From Candidatus Hermodarchaeota archaeon (lineage in GTDB: Archaea > Asgardarchaeota > Lokiarchaeia > Sigyniarchaeales > SOKP01): a stretch of 27,489 bases of DNA. This document shows positions 9,251 to 17,943 of the stretch, one piece after another (the first letter of the stretch is position 1; the number at the start of each line of letters is the position of its first letter). The position numbers were made by a program, and so were the translations under genes. The notes under the pieces were generated by a model. It did no database searches, had not been told where the DNA came from, and saw only the letters and a list, made by a program, of their open reading frames with translations. The stretch lies in assembly GCA_048885525.1 (NCBI GenBank), contig JBHLLP010000048.1, forward strand, positions 1 to 27,489, read 5' to 3'.

Positions 9251-11248
9251 CTATAATCTGTCTGTGATTATTGAATAGATTTGTTCGGCAGTAAATCCTT
9301 TAATATCTATTGCAGAGCATCTGCAATTTCCTGAACAAGCACCACATCCTTTGCAGAGTGCTTCATTGATTTTAGCTACAGTTCCAAACCATCGATCTTC
9401 AACAAGTTCAATAGCACCATAAGCACAATTCTCAACGCACATTCCGCATCCAATACAGCGTTCAGGACGGACAACACCAAAAAAGGGTTCTACTTCAACT
9501 TCTCCTTTTGCCATTAAAACTGCAGCACCTGATGCTGCTCCTTTTGCTTGAGCTACAGCATCAGGAATATCTTTTGGCCCCTGAGCAACTCCAGCAATAA
9601 AAATACCATCTGTTAAAGTATCTACAGGTCTTAATTTTGGATGTGCTTCTAAAAAGAACCCATCTGCAGATCTTTGAATTCTTAACAAAGAAGTTATTAT
9701 ATCTGCATCAGCTCTTGGTTCTAAACCACAAGATAATACAAATAAATCGACTTTTAATTCAACTGGTTGTTGTAGTAAAGTATCTTCAGAACGTATAATA
9801 ATATTGTGATCTTCATCCTCACTGACTTCTGCAATTCTACCTCTCATATAACTTATTCCGTAATTTCTACCCGCAGATTCGTAAAATTCCTCATATCCCT
9901 TTCCAAAAGCTCGAACATCCATGTAGAAAATATATACATCCGCATCGGGATGTTTTTCTTTATATTGCCTTGCTTGTTTTGTTGCATACATACAACAGAC
10001 TCGAGAACAATATTGATTCCCCCCTTCTCTGAAATTCCTACTTCCAACGCATTGTAAGAAAGCAATACTATGTGGTTCTTTTAGATCCGATGGTCTTACT
10101 GGTTTTCCTAAAACTGGTCCAAAAGAACTTAATAACCGTTCCATTTGAAGCCCAGTAATAACATTTGGAAATTTACCATATCCATATTGTTTCAATTCTG
10201 TTGGGTCATATAAATCCCAACCAGTTGCAACTATAATTGTACCTACTTTAACTTTAAGATATTCTGGTTCATCATCATAAATAATGGCTTCAGGTTCACA
10301 AACATCCGTTCTCGCACAAATCCCACATTTTATGCAATGATCCATATCTATTGTATATTGTCCAGGAACAGCTTGGGGAAATGGAATATATATCGCTTTC
10401 CGAGTAGCTAATCCTAAATCAAATTCATTTCCAACTGTAACTGGGCAGTAATCAACACAGACTCCACATCCAGTACATTTTTCTTGGTCTACATAATGAG
10501 GTTTTTTCAATATTGTAACTTCGAAATTTCCAATATACCCTGAAACTTCTGTAACTTCAGAATATGTTAATAATTCTATGTTTTCTTCTCGTGATACTTC
10601 GGACATTTTAGGAGTAAGAATACAACTACTACAATCCATAGTTGGAAAAGTTTTATCGAGTTGAGCCATATGACCGCCAATAGTCGGACTTTTTTCAACT
10701 AGATATACTTTATAGCCCTCCATGGCGAGGTCCAAAGCCGCATTCATGCCCGCAATACCTCCCCCGATTATTAAACAAGATGGTTCTACTTTTACTTTCT
10801 GAACTTCTAATGGTACTAATTCTCTTGCTTTTGCAACAGCCATTCTAATATGGTCCTTAGCAGTCTCATACGCACCTTCTGGTTCTTTCATGTGAACCCA
10901 AGTGGAGTGTTCTCGAATATTTGCCATCTCAAATAAAAATTGATTTAACCCAGCTTCTTTGCATGCAATTCTAAAAGTTGGCTCATGCATTCTCGGAGAA
11001 CATGCTGCTACTATTATTCTATTTACTAATCCGGCTTCAATATCCTCTTTAATCATTTTTTGACCCACGTCTGAACAAAAGAACTTATATTCCCGGGCTA
11101 CTTCAACGTTTGGAAGTGTTTTTGCATATTCTACTAAATCTGGAACTGAAATAACACCGCCAATATTCACTCCGCAATGACATATGTAAACTCCAATCTT
11201 AGGCCTTTCATTACCGGTGACCTCAATTTCCTTTTTGGTTTCTGTCAT
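9251..11248 (-). CDS. hdrA: Heterodisulfide reductase subunit A (FAD, Fe-S; electron-bifurcating type)
   Basis: IGVYICHCG, AACSPRMHE, ANIREH, IIGGGIAG, GGHMAQLDKTFPTMDCSSC, two ferredoxin regions, QCVGSR, YCSRVCC, HPKLRP, QGPKDIP. AGGTGG RBS overlaps the hdrB stop. Confidence 0.97.
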   Translation of the reverse strand: MTETKKEIEVTGNERPKIGVYICHCGVNIGGVISVPDLVEYAKTLPNVEVAREYKFFCSDVGQKMIKEDIEAGLVNRIIVAACSPRMHEPTFRIACKEAGLNQFLFEMANIREHSTWVHMKEPEGAYETAKDHIRMAVAKARELVPLEVQKVKVEPSCLIIGGGIAGMNAALDLAMEGYKVYLVEKSPTIGGHMAQLDKTFPTMDCSSCILTPKMSEVSREENIELLTYSEVTEVSGYIGNFEVTILKKPHYVDQEKCTGCGVCVDYCPVTVGNEFDLGLATRKAIYIPFPQAVPGQYTIDMDHCIKCGICARTDVCEPEAIIYDDEPEYLKVKVGTIIVATGWDLYDPTELKQYGYGKFPNVITGLQMERLLSSFGPVLGKPVRPSDLKEPHSIAFLQCVGSRNFREGGNQYCSRVCCMYATKQARQYKEKHPDADVYIFYMDVRAFGKGYEEFYESAGRNYGISYMRGRIAEVSEDEDHNIIIRSEDTLLQQPVELKVDLFVLSCGLEPRADADIITSLLRIQRSADGFFLEAHPKLRPVDTLTDGIFIAGVAQGPKDIPDAVAQAKGAASGAAVLMAKGEVEVEPFFGVVRPERCIGCGMCVENCAYGAIELVEDRWFGTVAKINEALCKGCGACSGNCRCSAIDIKGFTAEQIYSIITDRL

Positions 11249-11258
11249 TTTTTTCCAC

Positions 11259-12209
11259 CTATATTAATTGTTCTTTCACTAAATTTAAAAATGGATCAAT
11301 TGAAATAAAAGGAGAAACACCTTGTAATTCATGATTTTTAACTAGACCTAATAAATTCGGATCCATTCCAAATGCAGTTCCTAAAAGTTGGGTGATATAT
11401 ATTACTGGGATCTTAAATGGTTCTCCAATAATATCTCCATATAAATTGTTTACCTCAACCTGTCCTAGGTCTAATTGCAGGTGACAGAAGGGACAGCAAT
11501 CAACAATAATATCTGCCCCCGCTTCTCTCATATTAACTAATTTTTCCCTTGAAAAATCTGCTGCAACTTCTTTAACAGCAGTTCTAACAGCTCCTCCCGC
11601 ACCACAACACATATATTTATCTTTGTAATCAATACTTTTGGCTCCAGTTAATTCTACAATTTCATCAAGGAATCTAGGTTCTTCATACTCACCATCCCAA
11701 GGTCTTTTATCACTTGGTTTTACTATATGGCAGCCATAATGCACTGCAACCTTTAAATCTGAAAATTTTAATTTAATATAATCTTTTAAGTGATCTAATC
11801 CCATATCAAGATATAATGCCTGAACAACATGTTTAGGTTCAAGATTCCCTTTATAAGTCCTACCTATTTTCGAAAGGTATTCATTTACTTCTTTTTTTAA
11901 ATCATATTCATGCTCAAGTTCATACCATGCATCTCTAAGAGTCCCATAACAACCATTACATCCAGTAAGTGGATTAACTCCAATTTCTTCAGCAATAGAA
12001 ATATTTCTTGCAGCAATAACCAGCCAAGTTGGTATGTGAAATGCTCTAAAAACACCAGGAGCAGGACAACATGAAGCACCAGGCAAATCTAAGATTTCAG
12101 CTCCGAGATGGTCAAAAACATTTCTTATTGAAGCTTCAATCATAGGATACCGATTAGGGATAACACATCCTAAAAAAAACCCATACCGCCATTTATAATC
12201 TTCGCTCAT
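11259..12209 (-). CDS. hdrB: Heterodisulfide reductase subunit B
   Basis: Two CCG domains: FFLGC, SCCPAPG, CNGC, HYGCH, CCGAGG, CPFCHLQLD; lies between hdrC and hdrA. Confidence 0.96.
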   Translation of the reverse strand: MSEDYKWRYGFFLGCVIPNRYPMIEASIRNVFDHLGAEILDLPGASCCPAPGVFRAFHIPTWLVIAARNISIAEEIGVNPLTGCNGCYGTLRDAWYELEHEYDLKKEVNEYLSKIGRTYKGNLEPKHVVQALYLDMGLDHLKDYIKLKFSDLKVAVHYGCHIVKPSDKRPWDGEYEEPRFLDEIVELTGAKSIDYKDKYMCCGAGGAVRTAVKEVAADFSREKLVNMREAGADIIVDCCPFCHLQLDLGQVEVNNLYGDIIGEPFKIPVIYITQLLGTAFGMDPNLLGLVKNHELQGVSPFISIDPFLNLVKEQLI

Positions 12210-12211
12210 TT

Positions 12212-12814
12212 TTAGACCTCCTTATCTTTTTCTGCTGCTTTTGCTCTTTCTTCTTTTAATTTTGCAGCATTATCCATCAAATCTCTGAATCCAACAGCTT
12301 TCATCAATTCTTGGCATTCTTTAACTGCTTCAGGATATGAATGAACCGTAGGAGGTAATGGTGGTAATCCATATGATTCTCTTAAATCTCTCCATTTTTT
12401 ATTAGCCTCTCCATTCGCAGGTACACCATGTCCAGTAGCATAGAAAATATTATTAGCTAAACCAAAATGTGAATCTAAAATATATCCTTCTTCCACGGCT
12501 ATATTTCTTAGTTTTATAATCATATCTGTAACTGGAATATTTCTAGGGCAACGTTCATAACAATAATAACAAGTTGAACAAAGCCAAATATCAATATCTT
12601 TTAAAACCGATTCATCACCTGTTAATGCTCGGCGAACTGCAGAACGAGTTCGATATGCTGTCCTCCTTCCAGAAGGGCACCCTCCAGTACACGTTCCACA
12701 ATTTATACACGCTCTTATCTTTTCTAATCCAGCATCAACAAATTTTTGAGCAATTCTTGAACTTGTTGTCTTATAGACTTTTCTTTTTATATATTTTTCT
12801 ACATTTTCGCTCAT
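12212..12814 (-). CDS. hdrC: Heterodisulfide reductase subunit C
   Basis: CINCGTCTGGCPSGR and IWLCSTCYYCYERCPR; TGHGVP; first gene of hdrCBA. Confidence 0.95.
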   Translation of the reverse strand: MSENVEKYIKRKVYKTTSSRIAQKFVDAGLEKIRACINCGTCTGGCPSGRRTAYRTRSAVRRALTGDESVLKDIDIWLCSTCYYCYERCPRNIPVTDMIIKLRNIAVEEGYILDSHFGLANNIFYATGHGVPANGEANKKWRDLRESYGLPPLPPTVHSYPEAVKECQELMKAVGFRDLMDNAAKLKEERAKAAEKDKEV

Positions 12815-12889
12815 GTTTATTTCGAATCCCCTATATTGTTTAAAAAATGATTTGCGATTTTGTAAAAAAACAAGGTATTTTCTTTAACG

Positions 12890-12903
12890 TGTTTGATCAA
12901 ACA
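12890..12903. promoter_or_regulatory. Perfect 14-bp palindrome upstream of hdrC, candidate regulator site
   Basis: TGTTTGATCAAACA, 76-89 nt upstream of the hdrC start codon. Confidence 0.45.
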
Positions 12904-13096
12904 AATCGATTAATAATCTTAAGAAGGAAAAAGTATTTTTCTTAAAAAAATTTGTTATCGATAATTCATAATCAAATCTAAAGGAACTATTATTTCTTAT
13001 ATTTTATTTTTTTATAAGTAAAAAAAGTATTACTTATTTGAATTTTAATCATTCAAAAAAGAGGTTGAATCGTTAGTTTAATTAAAATTAGGTTAA

Positions 13097-13315
13097 TTAT
13101 CCCTCTAATTCATCTAAATACTCAATTTGTTTATCTTTTGATAAAAAAGCTAAGTCTTTTTTTATCTTTTTTTTTCTTTTCTTAGGTAATTCCAAATCTC
13201 TTAGTTTTTCTCGAATTTCTTTTGATAAAATTGTAAAGATTCTTGAAAAATATTTCTTTATTTCTGGTATCTCCTCGAGATCTCTATTTTCTCCCAATTC
13301 ATTCATTTTTATCAT
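13097..13315 (-). CDS. Small basic, helical hypothetical protein
   Basis: 72-aa ORF with codon usage like its neighbours and same strand; no motif recognised. Confidence 0.55.
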   Translation of the reverse strand: MIKMNELGENRDLEEIPEIKKYFSRIFTILSKEIREKLRDLELPKKRKKKIKKDLAFLSKDKQIEYLDELEG

Positions 13316-13496
13316 TTAGTTTTTTTTATTTAAAAGAATTTATTTAGATTAACTCTTTTAATTTAAGAATGCTCAAATTCTTTAATAAAAAATTAGGAGT
13401 CCAGTTCTTCTAAACAATAATTATGTCTATATTTATAACTTACTTTATTAAAACAATTTCGTAATAAAGATACACACAAATATATCCTCAATCAGT

Positions 13497-14510
13497 TTAT
13501 AACATATATTGTTTTAAAATTTCATCATTTTCGATTTCAACAATCATCTCATTAGTTAAATTGTCATAGGTTCTACCATAAATCACTTTTCCGTGAGATT
13601 TCTCCAAATCAGAATATCTTAATGTTAGCTTAGCAGCATATTTCAATGATTCTTCATCAAATTTACCTTGTAAAACAGTAATAGGTCCAGGAACCTCTTT
13701 AGCTTCCATTATCAAATCACCAGAATTTTTAAGATTAATTAAAACTTTGTTTTCAGCCTCATTCCTTCCTACAATTACTTTAACATTTTTATATCGGAAA
13801 TGGCGTCCATATTTTAAAATTGGAATATCTTGTATTTTTAGTTCCTCATTAAATTTTAAATAATCTCTCATTCTATTCGCAAAGTTTACATCTGTTAATA
13901 GACAGCCTCCACAAGCATAGTAACTCTCCAATAAACCATGATCTTTAGCTATTTTCAATTGAATTTTCCTGCTCCTTCCTTTTATTCCTAATAATCTCTC
14001 TCTGTCTATTATTCCCTGTTCTTCATATATAGTTGGCTTTAATTGAAGAGCTGATAAAGGTCTTAGAACTTTTCCTTGAAGTCCAGATTCTTCTTCTACA
14101 ATCTTAAGTGCTTTCATGTGTTGAGATTTGGGTCTTTGATTAAGAACTTCTCCAGTAAATATAAATTGTGCTCCTACTTGATTCATAAATTCTTTAGCTT
14201 TTTTTAATATAAAAATCCTACAATCAATACATGGATTTAAATTCTTTCCATAGCCAAACTTAGGGTTACGAATAATTTCTAAATATTCATCCCCTTTAGG
14301 TTGAACAAAAACTTTTATTCCTAATTTTTCATGGAATAAATTTAATCCACAATCGGAATGACTGAGTACTTTATCACATAGACAAAATGGTGATTTAAAA
14401 TTTAGACCTATTACTTCAATTCCTTGAAGCCTAAGTAAAAGACAAGCAATTAAACTGTCTAAACCCCCAGATACTAATCCAAGACCTATTACTTTCTCTT
14501 TCTTTTTCAC
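13497..14510 (-). CDS. PP-loop tRNA sulfurtransferase-like protein (ThiI/MnmA-related, C-terminal DUF814/NFACT-R-like domain)
   Basis: SGGLDS PP-loop, GYGKNLNPCIDCR, TGEVLNQRPKSQ, VLRPLSA, GGCLLTD, GRHFR, VIVGRNEAEN, PGP; GTG start. Confidence 0.85.
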   Translation of the reverse strand: MKKKEKVIGLGLVSGGLDSLIACLLLRLQGIEVIGLNFKSPFCLCDKVLSHSDCGLNLFHEKLGIKVFVQPKGDEYLEIIRNPKFGYGKNLNPCIDCRIFILKKAKEFMNQVGAQFIFTGEVLNQRPKSQHMKALKIVEEESGLQGKVLRPLSALQLKPTIYEEQGIIDRERLLGIKGRSRKIQLKIAKDHGLLESYYACGGCLLTDVNFANRMRDYLKFNEELKIQDIPILKYGRHFRYKNVKVIVGRNEAENKVLINLKNSGDLIMEAKEVPGPITVLQGKFDEESLKYAAKLTLRYSDLEKSHGKVIYGRTYDNLTNEMIVEIENDEILKQYML

Positions 14511-14632
14511 TTTTTCATCTTCAAATGTATCAAATCGATAAGAATATAATCAAGATTAATTTAAAGTTCGATATCATTTATGTTTTTCTTTAATCAAATA
14601 TAATTCTATTATTTTGCATGAATTTTTTGATA

Positions 14633-15250
14633 TTATTTTCTAATCATTGCCCAATTAATTACATTAGTTTCAGGTATTTGATATTCTTCAACAATTCTAA
14701 ACCCAAATCGTTTATATATTAGCAAATTTTTCTTATTATTAGTATCTAAAAAACAAGGTAATTCTTGTTCATCGATTTGATTGAACATCGAATTAAATAA
14801 AACACGAGAAAATCCTTTTCCTTGATATAGTGGATTTATACCAATAATCGATAAGTACCAATAGTTTAAAGGAAGGTGTTCTTTGCGTTTGGAATGTACA
14901 TAATTATAGAGATTATTCTGTTTCTTAATAGTTTTTCTTCCAAGTTTGAAAAAGTAAGAAAGTCCACCATTCAACAATCCCATCCAAGGAGTAATTTTCG
15001 CTTTATTTGAAGGAAACCAAACTGCAATTCCTTCTAGATTGTGAGATGTTGCATGGACTATTCCATATTTTATACCAATACGAAGTATTAGTTTCATCAT
15101 TAATGGTAATTTACATTTTCTTTCTTTAGGTTGAGGAAATAAATGAATCATTAAAGGATCATTATAAAATGCATAACTTATTACATTACGTGCTAGTTTA
15201 ATTTGACTTGGAGTTATTGAAGTATGATCACTTAATATAAATCCCACCAT
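14633..15250 (-). CDS. GNAT family N-acetyltransferase
   Basis: AFYNDP, YWYLSIIGINPLYQGKGFS (acetyl-CoA motif A), CFLDT, N...YKRFGF. Confidence 0.9.
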   Translation of the reverse strand: MVGFILSDHTSITPSQIKLARNVISYAFYNDPLMIHLFPQPKERKCKLPLMMKLILRIGIKYGIVHATSHNLEGIAVWFPSNKAKITPWMGLLNGGLSYFFKLGRKTIKKQNNLYNYVHSKRKEHLPLNYWYLSIIGINPLYQGKGFSRVLFNSMFNQIDEQELPCFLDTNNKKNLLIYKRFGFRIVEEYQIPETNVINWAMIRK

Positions 15251-15371
15251 AAAGACAACTTCTCTTATACCTAAAATCCTATAAACATAATCGTGTTAAA
15301 TAATATAAAATCATGCTATATAACGATTAATATTTAAAAAAGATAAAGCTAAAAAAAAATAATTATAAATA

Positions 15372-15383
15372 TTTATATATATA
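15372..15383 (+). promoter_or_regulatory. Putative TATA box for the tRNA (possibly bidirectional)
   Basis: TTTATATATATA about 40-50 nt upstream of the tRNA 5' end, in the divergent GNAT/tRNA spacer. Confidence 0.4.
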
Positions 15384-15420
15384 ATATTGAAATTTTGTAC
15401 TATAATAGGGAAAAACTAAA

Positions 15421-15504
15421 GCCAGCGTATCCTAGTAGTTAAGGAGGCGGCCTGCAGAGCCGTTGCTTTTAGCGTCATGGGTGCAAATCCCATCGCTGGC
15501 TCCA
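15421..15504 (+). tRNA. tRNA-Cys(GCA), atypical: long variable arm, encoded CCA
   Basis: Acceptor GCCAGCG/CGCTGGC, D arm TCCT-AGTAGTTA-AGGA, anticodon arm GCGGC-CTGCAGA-GCCGT (GCA at 15454-15456), variable region TGCTTTTAGCGTC, T arm ATGGG-TGCAAAT-CCCAT, discriminator T15501, CCA 15502-15504. Confidence 0.93.
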
Positions 15505-16059
15505 CTTATTAGCTTTGATTTCAGAGATTTTTCATAAATTCAAATTTATTTTCTAGAGTTATTCTCAAAACAAACTCGGAATATTTTTTAAACTATTTCA
15601 GTTTTAAGAATCAATTAAATCTATTTTTTTTTATATAATTTAGAAAATATAAATAGCTCGGTATTATTTTTGAAAAAAGAGTCTCTAAAAGGACGTTATA
15701 TTTTCTAAATGAAGATTTTATTGAAACTTAATAAAAATGATAACTTTTTTTCTATGTGGCAAAAATAACTTTGCTTATTTATGCAATAAGACTAATATTT
15801 AGATTAATTTAATAAAATATCTCTGTTCTGCATTAGATAAAGTAATTTTGTTTCACACACCAAGCTAAAGATAATTGGATTTTGCTTCTAATATCGTTAA
15901 AAATAAACTTGACTCATTAAAATTTAATTTTAATCTTATGTTATTTCAAAATCCTACCATATTCCTTAATAAGATGAGTAAGAAAGTTAGTTAGATAGAG
16001 ATTTATAAAGATCTTATTTAAATCAACTAAAATTTTTCAAAAATAATATTTAATAAATA

Positions 16060-16311
16060 ATGGCAAAAAGAAGAGAATTTAACAAAGAAATAGAGAATAT
16101 AAATCAAATTTATGAAAAGAAAGAGCCAAAGCAAGTAGATTCTTACATAAAATTATATACCCAAGTTGTAAGAGAAATTAGTGAAAGTCTAAAACAAAAA
16201 ACAAATTTACTAAATATTTATTTCACTGAAGAAATGAACAGTGATAAGATCTCATGCGACAAGATGATATATCACCATTTTAAAAAATTACAAAATTCTT
16301 CTAAAATTTAA
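16060..16311 (+). CDS. Hypothetical protein (83 aa)
   Basis: ATG-started ORF in an otherwise non-coding AT-rich stretch; no motif recognised. Confidence 0.45.
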   Translation: MAKRREFNKEIENINQIYEKKEPKQVDSYIKLYTQVVREISESLKQKTNLLNIYFTEEMNSDKISCDKMIYHHFKKLQNSSKI

Positions 16312-16713
16312 AAAGCCTGAATTTCGATTAATTAAAGTTTTTCGATTAAAATTTTATAAAAAAATTTCATAGTTAAAATCTGATAAAGCTAAACATTTTT
16401 GATTGAAAAGCTATTGTCTCAATTTTAACATAATAAAAATAATAAATACTTCGACTTTTTCTTTTTAAAAATTGGACCACTGATCACTATTAAATTTCTT
16501 TGCTTTATTTGAAATTAATAATAAAACACGTAAAAAATTAAAAGTGAAAAATTTGAAAAAAGGACCAGTTTGTTATATTTATTATGCAATAAAACAGCAT
16601 CGTCAATCAAAATTGGAAGAAAAGAATAGAGTTCCTGAAAATGAAAAAGTGCCTTCACAAATCAAAATGCATGATTTAAATTAATTCATTCATACTTCAC
16701 GATGATTTTTAAA

Positions 16714-17007
16714 TTATCTTTCAGTATAACCAGCAAAACCACCAATTAGCACTAAAATTCCTCCAATTAAACTAGTATATACTAACATAATTGTACCAAA
16801 TACTACACAAATTATCCAATTTAATTCTGTAAGTTTATGAGGAGTTATTATACTTAATAAAATAATAGTTGCTAATAAAATCGAAATTACTAATAAGATA
16901 ACTCTTGAGCTATCTAAATGTCTGTCATCAAATCCCAAAATAATCTCAATTAAACTTATTATGGCCCCCAGAGCCGCTAAAACTTTCATTATATCTTCAT
17001 TAGACAT
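16714..17007 (-). CDS. Small membrane protein (3-4 hydrophobic segments)
   Basis: Hydrophobic runs VLAALGAIISLIEIILG, VILLVISILLATIILLSII, WIICVVFGTIMLVYTSLIGGILVLIGG. Confidence 0.75.
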   Translation of the reverse strand: MSNEDIMKVLAALGAIISLIEIILGFDDRHLDSSRVILLVISILLATIILLSIITPHKLTELNWIICVVFGTIMLVYTSLIGGILVLIGGFAGYTER

Positions 17008-17108
17008 ACCAAAACTCTAAGTTCTTATATATATATGAATCTCTAATACTTCTCCCACTTTATAAATGTGATTGGAATAATTGTGAATTTTTTAAAAATA
17101 AATTTCGA

Positions 17109-17738
17109 TTATATTTTTACAGCAAAAGTTATTCCATCACCAATAGGAAGAATAGTACTGTACAGTTTTGGACAAGAGCTGACTAATTTATTAAATTCTT
17201 CTATTGATGGTATTAGATAATGCCATTTTGGATTCAAATCAATTACTGGAAACAATGTGTCTTCAGCAATCAATATCCCCCCTTTTTTTAATATATTTAC
17301 ACAATCATCGAATAATTTTGGATATAATTGTTTATCAACGTCTAGAAAAATTAAATCGAATTCTTCATTAAGATTTGGAATCACTTCCAACGCATCATCA
17401 ATAATCAATTGAATTACGTCTAAAAGATTTGCTCTTTTAAAGTTTCTTTTAGCTTGTTTAGCCACTTTTTCATCATATTCAATAGTAATAATTTTACCCC
17501 CATATTTTCTTACATTAAATGCCATAGAAGTCGTAGAATAACCTATACTCGTTCCAATTTCAAGAATCTTCTTAGGTTGGAATAAATTTATGATGATATT
17601 GATAAATCGAGCGACATCATCATCAATAACAGGTATAAAATCTTTTAACTCTGTTTTTTCTATATATAATTCCTTTGTTAAAAGATCTTTTTCTTTATAT
17701 AACTTATTTATATATACATTTAACTTTTCTATTTTCAT
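17109..17738 (-). CDS. SAM-dependent O-methyltransferase (Methyltransf_3; caffeoyl-CoA OMT/YrrM-TrmR-like)
   Basis: ILEIGTSIGYS, ITIE, FDLIFLDVDKQLY, LKKGGILIAED, LPIGDG. Start at Met27 (17738) preferred over 17816. Confidence 0.88.
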   Translation of the reverse strand: MKIEKLNVYINKLYKEKDLLTKELYIEKTELKDFIPVIDDDVARFINIIINLFQPKKILEIGTSIGYSTTSMAFNVRKYGGKIITIEYDEKVAKQAKRNFKRANLLDVIQLIIDDALEVIPNLNEEFDLIFLDVDKQLYPKLFDDCVNILKKGGILIAEDTLFPVIDLNPKWHYLIPSIEEFNKLVSSCPKLYSTILPIGDGITFAVKI

Positions 17739-17943
17739 CTTAATTATAAAAAACTTCTTTTTTAGAATTCTTTCTTTATGAAAAAATGGTTCTTTTTGAT
17801 TGTTAAATTTTTTCATATTTGATAATACCTTTTCTTAAAGTTTAAATTTGCAACTTGAATAATAAAATCTCGAAGTGATAAATCTTAGTAATACTATTTG
17901 ATATAATAAAAATGAAATTGAAAAAAATTATGAGTGATAAATA

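Noticed and set aside
9046-11248. Selenocysteine recoding or SECIS for hdrA (HdrA is a selenoprotein in some archaea)
   Set aside because: The frame is uninterrupted with Cys at DCSSC, ends in TAG, and I saw no convincing SECIS-like hairpin downstream.
9806-12843. ORFs 9806-10057, 9853-10065, 11897-12079 and 12574-12843
   Set aside because: Alternative-frame or antisense shadows of hdrA, hdrB and hdrC.
14633-15250. GNAT as a Fem-like aminoacyl-tRNA transferase using the adjacent odd tRNA
   Set aside because: It is a single ~200-aa GNAT with an intact acetyl-CoA motif (QGKG), unlike the larger tandem-GNAT Fem enzymes.
15421-15504. tRNA-Sec, or an intron-containing tRNA
   Set aside because: Anticodon is GCA not TCA, geometry is 7/5 with a 4-bp D stem rather than a Sec-type fold, and the extra bases are too few and lack a bulge-helix-bulge.
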